Positions 31,129-39,198 of a stretch of 43,285 nt of DNA are shown here, piece by piece (the first letter of the stretch is position 1; the number at the start of each line of letters is the position of its first letter). The position numbers and the translations under genes were made by a program. Location of the stretch: the NCBI GenBank assembly GCA_002451155.1, contig DKBG01000288.1, positions 7,375 through 50,659 on the forward strand. The letters run 5' to 3'. The notes beneath the pieces were generated by a model, which ran no database searches, was not told the DNA's origin, and was given only the letters and a program-made list of their open reading frames with translations. The DNA is from Ignavibacteria bacterium UBA6906 (GTDB lineage: Bacteria > Bacteroidota > Ignavibacteria > UBA10030 > UBA6906).

Positions 31129-33357
31129 ATGCAACGAATCATTCTTCCATTCCTCCTCAGCGCCCTGCTCCATTCAGCAGGCGCGCAAACGACAGCGCCT
31201 GACACCCTCTGTGCCCGCGCAGATTCGCTTCTCTTCCACAACAATCCTGCCGGGGCAGCCGATCTCTATGAAAAGATCCTGGACGAAGATGAAACGAATT
31301 CTCGAGCTCTCCTCGGGTTGGGAAAGGCGCGACTGATGGAGCGGGACTGGGGCGGAGCGGCATCGGCATTTGCCGATCTGCTCGAGGCGGATACCGCGAA
31401 CATCGAGTCACAGTACTATCTGGGAGTCTGTCACCGCGAACTCGGGACAACAAAAGCCTCCCTGTTGCGCAAATGGGAGTGGAATACAGCTGAAGAGTTC
31501 TTTCAGGCCGTCATAGACCGGGATTCACTCTACCGTGACGTTTTCTACCAGCTCGCGCTCCTCCAGCGGTATCGCGGGAAGTTCCCGGACGCTGTCGCGC
31601 TTGGACACCGACAGCTCGACCTGACGCCTGACGTCGAAGAGGCCCGCATCGGTCTCTTCAGGCTATACAGAAGCTTTGTAACAGACGATCGACCGGCAGC
31701 CATCGACTGGCTTCGGGGACAGCACACAACCATCGCAGAGTATTTTCTCGCGGAGGCGCTCCGCCGGCAGGGCGAGCTCGATGCCGCTGAGTCCAGCCTG
31801 CGAGGCCTGCTCTACCAGTCAAAATTCCCCCTTGCGCAACCTGTCTACCTCTCTCTCGCCCGCATCGCCGTCGAACGTGGCGAGCCGCAGGCTGTCGAAG
31901 GCTATTATCTGAGAGCCATCGATGAACTTCTGTCCCCTCTCGGAGCGAAAATCCTCTTTGAAGACATCAAATACCTCCTCTCAGACAGCGAACTGGCAGA
32001 ATACCTTTCACTGGCGACCGTACGGCAGATGGCTGCATTCTTTCGCGGCTTCTGGGCCGTCCGAAATCCTTCGGCAACGTCGGGAAACGCCCGGATCAGC
32101 GAACATTATCGGCGCCTTGTCAGGGCGGAGCAAGACTTCGAATATACCGGCTTCCGCACCGAATTTACGAACCCCGACAGGATGAAATACCTGCGTTTCC
32201 CTGCCGCCTATTTCCTGAACGAAGAGTATAATGACAAGGGGTTGATCTTCATCCGTCACGGCCAGCCGGACAACATTCTACGCAGCCTCGGTTCTACCGA
32301 AGGGTCCTCCGAATCCTGGCTCTATGAATCAACCGGAGAATCGCCCCGCAGAATCTTCCATTTCTTCAATGCCAAGGGAAACGTCTGGAGGCTGAGCCCG
32401 TACCCGCAGGACCCGTCGATGATCGCGAATCTTGCCACCTGGGATCCCCGGTTCGCCGACCTCGCTTCTCAGAACACAGCAAGGGAAATGAAGATCCGTG
32501 ACGAACTCATTGCTGAAGAACAGACCGCGGTAGAGGAAGCGTTGGCGACGGATAATCATACTTGGACCCGCGAGGTTGTCATCTTTACAGTGTCTCACTC
32601 CATTGAGGCCTTCCGGAGTACTGAGGGCAGGGCTCTGCTGGATATCAGCTATGCAATCCCGCTTTCTGCGATTGCACGCCAGGTCGCGTCAGAGAGAACG
32701 TCTGTTCCCACGGAAATCGGGATAGCAATTCGAGATCTGGAGGGCAGAATAGGAATCGTCCGGGCCGACACGGTTGCATTCCCGATCGAGGAGCGAGGAT
32801 CGCAGGTGTACACCTCCCTCTATCGATATCGCGTCCCCCCGGGAGAGTACAGCATTGCGATGCATGTCAGACCACTCGGCACAAATCTCTATTCCAGCTG
32901 GAATGTCCGAAAAACTGTCCCTTCTTTTGTTGGCCCCGATGTGACGACGAGCGATGTTCAGTTTCTCCTTCCATCCACCGTCCCCTCCGCACTGGAATTC
33001 GATGGAATCAAGGTGGCGCCAAACCCGTACCGCCAGCATCCTGTGGACCGCCCTCTCTACGTCTATCTTCAAATCTACCATCTGCAGCGGGATCAGGACA
33101 GCACCTCCGCCTATGACGTGCGATTTCTGGCTGAACCGGCCGCGGAGCAGGGATCTCCGGGAGAAGTCTCCAGCCGACACACCCAGGAGATCGGTTCCGC
33201 GATTGATATCTCTACAGAGGAGTTTGCGGCGCTCTTCAAAAAGCTCGATATCTCGGGTCTGAGCCCCGGCAGATACACGCTGATTGTGTCGGTGACCGAT
33301 AGACGATCCGGCAAGGGGACTCGATTGACGCGTCCGCTTGAAGTCTTCGCGCCGTGA
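31129..33357 (+). CDS. Secreted TPR-repeat protein with GWxTD-like domain and C-terminal beta-sandwich domains
   Basis: Signal peptide AGA/Q and several TPR-like repeats. FF..FW...NP...N...EHYRR and DKGLIFIRHGQPD...ESWLY. C-terminal L.PG.Y.L.V.V.D. Confidence 0.72.
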   Translation: MQRIILPFLLSALLHSAGAQTTAPDTLCARADSLLFHNNPAGAADLYEKILDEDETNSRALLGLGKARLMERDWGGAASAFADLLEADTANIESQYYLGVCHRELGTTKASLLRKWEWNTAEEFFQAVIDRDSLYRDVFYQLALLQRYRGKFPDAVALGHRQLDLTPDVEEARIGLFRLYRSFVTDDRPAAIDWLRGQHTTIAEYFLAEALRRQGELDAAESSLRGLLYQSKFPLAQPVYLSLARIAVERGEPQAVEGYYLRAIDELLSPLGAKILFEDIKYLLSDSELAEYLSLATVRQMAAFFRGFWAVRNPSATSGNARISEHYRRLVRAEQDFEYTGFRTEFTNPDRMKYLRFPAAYFLNEEYNDKGLIFIRHGQPDNILRSLGSTEGSSESWLYESTGESPRRIFHFFNAKGNVWRLSPYPQDPSMIANLATWDPRFADLASQNTAREMKIRDELIAEEQTAVEEALATDNHTWTREVVIFTVSHSIEAFRSTEGRALLDISYAIPLSAIARQVASERTSVPTEIGIAIRDLEGRIGIVRADTVAFPIEERGSQVYTSLYRYRVPPGEYSIAMHVRPLGTNLYSSWNVRKTVPSFVGPDVTTSDVQFLLPSTVPSALEFDGIKVAPNPYRQHPVDRPLYVYLQIYHLQRDQDSTSAYDVRFLAEPAAEQGSPGEVSSRHTQEIGSAIDISTEEFAALFKKLDISGLSPGRYTLIVSVTDRRSGKGTRLTRPLEVFAP

Positions 33358-33438
33358 CCCCCTCCTCCCGTCCCTGTTCTTGGGCGTTGCGTCCACACTG
33401 GCCGCCACGACATGATCTCCGTATCTGCCTGTTTTTTC

Positions 33439-33467
33439 TTGCCTTTGCAGGGAAATGTAGCTACGTT
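33439..33467 (+). promoter_or_regulatory. Putative promoter about 360 nt upstream of the cupin gene
   Basis: TTGCCT-N17-TACGTT, preceded by a T-tract. Confidence 0.5.
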
Positions 33468-33829
33468 TTGCCCAAATCCATTACACGTCCGGAGTGATCT
33501 CGATCGCCCCATGGTCCGGCTCCGCAATACGGCATCCGCTCTCTTCCGTCAATCCTTTGCTGTCCGAATCTGAGCCTGATGTGTCACTACTTCTCATCGA
33601 GAGTCATTTAGTAGAGAGAATGGACTGCATGAGGAAACACTTTCTGGACAGGCCGCTCGACAGGTTACTCGCTGAGGCACCAGAGATCGGCGAACAGATG
33701 CTCAGAAGAACTCATCTCCCGGAACAGGGAGAAACGGAGCAGGTTCGAATGGCTGGGGATTGTGCAGCCGCTGCGTCTTCTGAGATCACCCTAACCATCG
33801 CCGCAACAACCTAGCCGCTGGAGATCGCA

Positions 33830-34192
33830 ATGCAAAAAGTGAACGTGCAGGAAAAATTCTCCCTCTTTTCCGACCACTGGCGCCCGAGAATCATTGCGGA
33901 ATTGAACGGTCAGGAGGTGAAGGTAGTAAAATTCAGAGGTGAATTTGTATGGCATCGTCATGACGACGAGGATGAGCTTTTTCTTGCCTGGCGCGGACGG
34001 TTCAGAGTTGAGTTCCGGGGCGCCAAAGTTGACCTCTCACCGGGAGATATTCTCGTTGTGCCGAAAGGTACCGAGCACAGAACTGTCGCGGAAGAAGAAG
34101 TTGAGGTAATTCTGTTCGAGCCATCTGCCACTCGGAATACGGGAAACGTGTTCAGCCGGGACCTGACCTCTTCTTCCCCCGATCGGATCTGA
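33830..34192 (+). CDS. Cupin domain protein (mannose-6-phosphate isomerase-like)
   Basis: KF.LF.DHW.P, GEFVWHRHDDEDELF, VVPKGTEHR, NTGNV. GGAG RBS. Confidence 0.9.
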   Translation: MQKVNVQEKFSLFSDHWRPRIIAELNGQEVKVVKFRGEFVWHRHDDEDELFLAWRGRFRVEFRGAKVDLSPGDILVVPKGTEHRTVAEEEVEVILFEPSATRNTGNVFSRDLTSSSPDRI

Positions 34193-34414
34193 AGGCGGAT
34201 CTCTGCTGGAACACTCCCGAGGCAGATCGTCCTGCCGCAACGATTCCCGCACTCGGCCCGCCTCCCCGTTCCTGGACAAGACCAAGAAGCAACAAGAGAG
34301 AGTGCCGGGCCGTGTACCGGAGCGTTCCCGAAACCAGGGCTGCGGTGCGTCCCTGTACGCTTCCCATAACCCGTCGGTATGCACGGGTTCCTTCGACTTT
34401 TCGGAGCTCAGCCG

Positions 34415-34822
34415 ATGCCAGGTACACCTCGATCCTCGACGCTTACCCTCCTTCCTGACCGATTCGCAGTCTGCCGGCTCGATCCGTATGCCCCGTATCC
34501 GTCCTGGATCTCAACGGGTTTCGCTTCACTCACCAGAACACCGGAGGAACTTTCTGTGGTCTGCGCCGAGGAGTGCGTGCCTGCAGACGTAGAGCGAGAA
34601 AATGGTTGGGCCTGCCTTGCGGTCCGCGGGCCACTGGACTTCGGCCAGATCGGGATCCTCTCTTCGCTGCTTGATCCCCTGGCAAAGTCGGACATCAGCG
34701 TCTTCACACTTTCCACATTCACGACAGACTACCTGTTTGTAAAGGCAGAGATGCTTGATCGCGCCACAACTGCCCTGTCACGGGCCGGACATCACATTCT
34801 CCTTCCGGACGGAAGTGAGTGA
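34415..34822 (+). CDS. Tandem ACT-domain protein (ACT_7/CASTOR-like)
   Basis: FAVCRL, SLTRTPEELSVVC, W..L.V.GPLDF...GIL, ISVF.LSTF.TDYL.V. Start at ATG 34415. Confidence 0.85.
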   Translation: MPGTPRSSTLTLLPDRFAVCRLDPYAPYPSWISTGFASLTRTPEELSVVCAEECVPADVERENGWACLAVRGPLDFGQIGILSSLLDPLAKSDISVFTLSTFTTDYLFVKAEMLDRATTALSRAGHHILLPDGSE

Positions 34823-34955
34823 GCCCCTCAACGAACCGGAGAAGCGTCTGCGCGGTAGGCCGTCTCCCTATCCGCATTGCATATGCATGGATGATTCACG
34901 AAGTTGAGGGACGCGCTGCATCCTCCGAATTGAGAACAGTGAAGCATCCGCGACG

Positions 34956-35984
34956 ATGAAAGCAATGGTTCTGACCAGGCTGGGCAGACTCGTGCCGAAC
35001 ACTGCCCCCCTCAGCCTTCGTGAACTCCCTGACCCTGTGCCAGGAAAAGAAGACCTCCTTATTCGCGTCGCGACGTGTGGCGTGTGCCACACGGAAATCG
35101 ACGAGATTGAGGGCCGGACCCCTCCACCTCGACTCCCTATTGTTCCCGGTCACCAGGTGATCGGCAGGATCCTGGCAACCGGCGTGGGGGTCTCCGGATT
35201 CCAGTCTGGCGACCGCGTCGGCGTGGCCTGGATATACTCCGCTTGCGGACAGTGTTCCCACTGCCGGAGCGGGTATGAGAATCTTTGTCCATCCTTCCTC
35301 GCCACGGGGCGGGATGTGCATGGGGGATACGCCGAATTCATGACGGTCCCGGCTCCGTTTGCATTCCGAATCCCGGACAACTTCACCGATGTTCAGGCCG
35401 CTCCCCTGCTCTGCGCCGGTGCAATCGGATACCGGTCGGTCCGCCTCACGGGACTCGCGGACGGCGAGCGTCTCGGCTTGACCGGATTCGGAGCGTCCGG
35501 GCACATTGTACTGAAGATTGTCCGCAGCAGGTTCCCCTCATCGCCAGTGTTTGTCTTTGCCCGGAGCGAGCGTGAGCGTGCCTTTGCCATCGAGCTCGGT
35601 GCCGACTGGGCAGGTGACATTGGATCCGTCGCACCCCGACTCCTCCACAAGATCATTGACACAACACCCGTTTGGAAATCCGTCCTTGACAGCCTGCGCA
35701 TCTTGGAGCCGGGAGGTAGACTGGTGATTAATGCAATCCGGAAAGAGGAGAACGACAGGGGGGTGCTGTCAGCGCTGGACTATGCCGCGGATCTATGGAT
35801 GGAAAAGGAGATTAAGACCGTGGCGAACGTCACGAGAGATGATGTACGGGAGTTTCTCGACCTTGCTGTAGACGCGGACCTGATTCCGGAGACACAGGAA
35901 TTTCCGCTTGAATCCGCCAATGTCGCCCTTTTCGAATTGAAAGACCGGCGGATTCGGGGCGCAAAAGTCCTGACAATATCGTGA
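34956..35984 (+). CDS. Zinc-dependent alcohol dehydrogenase family protein
   Basis: CGVCHT, PGHQVIG, CGQCSHCRSGYENLC, APLLCAG, GLTGFGASG. Confidence 0.92.
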   Translation: MKAMVLTRLGRLVPNTAPLSLRELPDPVPGKEDLLIRVATCGVCHTEIDEIEGRTPPPRLPIVPGHQVIGRILATGVGVSGFQSGDRVGVAWIYSACGQCSHCRSGYENLCPSFLATGRDVHGGYAEFMTVPAPFAFRIPDNFTDVQAAPLLCAGAIGYRSVRLTGLADGERLGLTGFGASGHIVLKIVRSRFPSSPVFVFARSERERAFAIELGADWAGDIGSVAPRLLHKIIDTTPVWKSVLDSLRILEPGGRLVINAIRKEENDRGVLSALDYAADLWMEKEIKTVANVTRDDVREFLDLAVDADLIPETQEFPLESANVALFELKDRRIRGAKVLTIS

Positions 35985-35991
35985 GATCGAA

Positions 35992-36717
35992 ATGGCGCCT
36001 CGCCAGTCAAATGGCCGACTGAAGCCATCAACCGGCAGCACCCTGCTCATTGTCCTCCTGATGGTGTCCGCCGCCGGGGCAACTGCCCAGATTTGGGAGG
36101 CCGGGGGTTCTTTCGCTGTAGGATTCCCGCAGGGCGCGTTCAAAGACCGGATCGGGAGCAGTGGCCTCGGGGTATCCGCACACATCGGATACAGACCGCA
36201 TGAACAGCCTTACCTGCTCGGGCTCCACGCAATATTCTTGAACTACGGATCTCAGACCTGGTGGGCAACTGCCGGGGGGAGGGATCTCGAAATTCAGTCC
36301 GCCAACAACATTCTTCTCATGCACGCGTCTGGTCGGATCCAGTCCGATGCGGGGATGTTCAGGCCCTACCTAGAGGGATCCCTGGGCATTACCTGGCTCT
36401 TCACAACCTCCTCGTTTGACAGCTGGTCGGACCCGGGGGAAGATCCTGAAACAACTGTCAGAATTGAATTCGACGACACGGCCTTCAGCTACGGAGGTGG
36501 AGGTGGACTCGCCGTGTGTTTCTCTTCTTCAGCAGACGAGGATGGAGATGTGACGGAGTGGTGTATCGATCTCGGCGTGCGCTATCTGGCGGGAGCGCGA
36601 TCGCAATATCTGAGGGGAGGGTCCATCCAGACCGCAGGGGGAACCGTCACCTACACCCCACTCGAGTCGGATACGGATCTGCTTGTGGTAACCGCTGGAG
36701 TGATTTATCGCTTCTGA
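35992..36717 (+). CDS. Outer-membrane beta-barrel protein (OmpA/porin-like)
   Basis: Signal peptide ATA/Q, alternating amphipathic strands, FRPYLEG. C-terminal beta-signal GVIYRF. Confidence 0.75.
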   Translation: MAPRQSNGRLKPSTGSTLLIVLLMVSAAGATAQIWEAGGSFAVGFPQGAFKDRIGSSGLGVSAHIGYRPHEQPYLLGLHAIFLNYGSQTWWATAGGRDLEIQSANNILLMHASGRIQSDAGMFRPYLEGSLGITWLFTTSSFDSWSDPGEDPETTVRIEFDDTAFSYGGGGGLAVCFSSSADEDGDVTEWCIDLGVRYLAGARSQYLRGGSIQTAGGTVTYTPLESDTDLLVVTAGVIYRF

Positions 36718-37196
36718 TCACTATTCGACGGTCCGGAATGCCCTGATATGACTCGGACCCATGTTGTGGTTCTTCCCAGAAGCGGAATCAGAACATACCC
36801 CCGGAGATCGAGTGTATTTCCGTCGACGAGCTCCATCTTCGCGGTATAGGTGTCCCCGCTCTCTGCATCGTAGATCGTTCCTCCGGTGTACTCGCCATCC
36901 TCGTCGTATGTGAAACCCTCCATGAGAATCATCCCCATCACCGGTCGGGTCCGCAGTTCCACCTCTGGGTTTTTGTCATCGCGAACAGGCTGGCCCTCCT
37001 TCATCGGCTCCCGGAGCCATATGATCTTTCCACAGTACTGTTCACCACAACGGTATATCTCGACATGAGCTTTGCCTTCTTCGGTCAGCCATACCCCGCA
37101 CACCCGGTCCGCTTCTCCTTCCGACATTTGAGCGACCGTCCCTCCTCCAGCCAGACATGGAAGCGTCAACAACAGCAAGACCAGCATAGCACGCAT
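36705..37196 (-). CDS. DUF2147 family secreted protein
   Basis: G.W.T.....VEI, GKI.WL, D.KNP...LR.RP..G, GG.IYD...G.TY, L.LRGY.....LGRT.TW.R. AGGAGGAG RBS before ATG 37196. Confidence 0.88.
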   Translation of the reverse strand: MRAMLVLLLLTLPCLAGGGTVAQMSEGEADRVCGVWLTEEGKAHVEIYRCGEQYCGKIIWLREPMKEGQPVRDDKNPEVELRTRPVMGMILMEGFTYDEDGEYTGGTIYDAESGDTYTAKMELVDGNTLDLRGYVLIPLLGRTTTWVRVISGHSGPSNSDQKR

Positions 37197-37328
37197 TGCG
37201 ATACTCCTCCTCTCTTTGATACCGGAACATGATAGCAGCGATACAGCGAGGCTCATCGTAAGGTGCCCCTTTATTTGCCCATAGTTGCATCTGCCGGCCA
37301 TGGAGTCCAGTCTATGTCTGACGTGTGC

Positions 37329-37535
37329 CGATGTCCAATGAACCCTGGCTCCGCTGGCAAACTCCAGCCAACCATCTCCCGAGAGCCTCGGCCAGTAGAC
37401 GGCCGCATTGTGTCCCGCCCCGGCCTCGCGAATTGTCACACGGGGGTTCAGAAACCCCACCCGCTTGAATGTCCATTTTCCCGTTGTCGACTCCGCTGCA
37501 ACGATCGTTTCTGAGGCTTTTTCAACTCCTGCCGG
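37329..37535 (-). pseudogene. Probable truncated remnant of an uncharacterised protein gene
   Basis: Protein-like segment AAESTTGKWTFKRVGFLNPRVTIREAG...AVYWPRLSGDGWLEF...HW. Bounded upstream by an in-frame TAG (37536-37538), with no start codon ahead of the segment. Confidence 0.45.
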
Positions 37536-37693
37536 CTATCGGGTCCGGTAAACCGTTGGACTGACGGTCCCAGGGAGTGACATAGGTTCCCCAATTCACG
37601 CATTGTGCACACCGGTGGGGTTGTCTTCGGGTCCCCCCCCCTCAGACAATGAGGCAGAATGACGCTGTTCCGCGACCAGCCAGGCCCCCGCCC

Positions 37694-39073
37694 TTATCCC
37701 TTGAACCCTTGCATCATCCAGCGCTTCGCAACGATAAGCCCGACCGGGCTTATGATGGCAATACAGGCATAAATGAGCCACATCGTCTCCGTGTGCATCT
37801 CCTCGGGGGGAACGCCGGCAGGACAATAGGTCATAAGGAACCAACCGGAATAGAGACTTGTGATTACTTTAGTCAGGAACCATGGGAACTGTCCGATCCC
37901 CATATAGATTCCGGTCATGTTCTTCGGCGCAACTTCGGCAATCCACTGCAGAAACCGGGGGGACCACATTGCTTCCCCAACCGTCATAAAGACGAGATAC
38001 CCAACCAGCGTCGGCACCGACGGGCCTATGGCAAGCAGGAATGTGGGAAGCGCCATCACGGAGGTTCCCAGGATCATCATTGAATAGGTGCTCCTCGAGC
38101 TTGTGAGTGCCGCGACAACCGGCGTAAGGATAAAAATCAGGAGCGGTCCGAAATTCGCAAAGAATTCGTAGTTGTCACTGACCATTCCGGTGAACGCCCG
38201 ATTGCAGTACACGGGAATCGTCAGCCAGGTATGAGCGAAAAGGGTTTGCACCGGGATCAGGATAAAGATAAAGTAGAGAAACCGTGGATTGCGGATCGGA
38301 AAGTTCTTGAGATAAAACGCGATCTGCTCCTTGAGCGGCTTCCTCTTCTCGTCCACCTCCTCCTGACCGGCGTCAGACGCTTCGCGGGCCTCACGAACCG
38401 CCTTTCTGCTTATCAGGAGCGTGACCACGGCAATCCCAACGACGGTCAGCGCCGCGTAGACCCAGAAGACGCCGGTGATCCCGGCCGCCCTGCGTATCGG
38501 AGGAGAAATAAACGCGGGGAGAAACGCTCCGAGGTTCATGACGGCATACAGCATTGCATACGCCATTGTCGCGGTTTGCTTGGTAGAAAAAAACTTTGCC
38601 GCGGCATAACAGGCCGGTTGGTAAATTCCGTAGCCAAAAATGATCCACAGCATTCCGAAGAGGGCAACGAGGTGGGGACCGGACCAGAGTCCCCTGGCAC
38701 CGCTGATATCAGGACTTATTGTCAACAGAATTCTTCCCACAAGCATCAGGATCAGTGAGAGGATGAGGGCCCGGCGAGGACCGGCAATGTCAACGGTGGC
38801 ACCGAGAAAGAGCATTCCGAGGGTGATCCCTCCGGTCAGAAATCCTATCATCTGCCCGGCGTTGATATCGTTGAGTCCGATATAGTCATTGTAGAAGATT
38901 GCCAGGAGGCTGAGCGCTCCAAAATACGTGATCCCCTCAAGGAGATACGAGAGATTAACCCCCCAGAGGGCACGCGGTGCGTGCACCAAATCCACAAACG
39001 GCTGGAGGACGTCCCGCCGCATCGATGCAAGAACTCCGGAATTCTCTTCCGTCCTCTTCGCCTGAGCTGCCAC
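37694..39073 (-). CDS. MFS transporter (peptide/POT-like)
   Basis: About 12 TM segments, LEGITYFG, G..VD..GPRR motif A, Y...NLG.F, GEAMWSP, AP....GIYMG. GTG start. Confidence 0.85.
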   Translation of the reverse strand: MAAQAKRTEENSGVLASMRRDVLQPFVDLVHAPRALWGVNLSYLLEGITYFGALSLLAIFYNDYIGLNDINAGQMIGFLTGGITLGMLFLGATVDIAGPRRALILSLILMLVGRILLTISPDISGARGLWSGPHLVALFGMLWIIFGYGIYQPACYAAAKFFSTKQTATMAYAMLYAVMNLGAFLPAFISPPIRRAAGITGVFWVYAALTVVGIAVVTLLISRKAVREAREASDAGQEEVDEKRKPLKEQIAFYLKNFPIRNPRFLYFIFILIPVQTLFAHTWLTIPVYCNRAFTGMVSDNYEFFANFGPLLIFILTPVVAALTSSRSTYSMMILGTSVMALPTFLLAIGPSVPTLVGYLVFMTVGEAMWSPRFLQWIAEVAPKNMTGIYMGIGQFPWFLTKVITSLYSGWFLMTYCPAGVPPEEMHTETMWLIYACIAIISPVGLIVAKRWMMQGFKG

Positions 39074-39128
39074 GGACGCAATCCCTTTCTAGCTTGTGAA
39101 GGCACATCTGACCGGATGAATTCCACGA

Positions 39129-39157
39129 AGTATACGTGAAATTGATGTCAGTTGCAG
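39129..39157 (-). promoter_or_regulatory. Putative MFS promoter
   Basis: Minus strand CTGCAA-N17-TATACT. Confidence 0.45.
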
Positions 39158-39198
39158 TTCCTGGAACCGGGATCCGCATTTCCGTATGTTGAAACACT

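Noticed and set aside
33494-33814. 106-aa ORF as a confident gene
   Set aside because: No recognisable motifs, so coding status is unsupported. Kept only as an unexplained region.
37633-37641. Poly-C tract as a phase-variation switch
   Set aside because: It is short, intergenic and downstream of the MFS gene, and it is not within an identifiable promoter spacer or ORF.
28583-37693. Accessory stretch as a genomic island or prophage
   Set aside because: No integrase, transposase, phage gene, tRNA anchor or flanking direct repeat was seen. Promoter style and signal peptides match the host.
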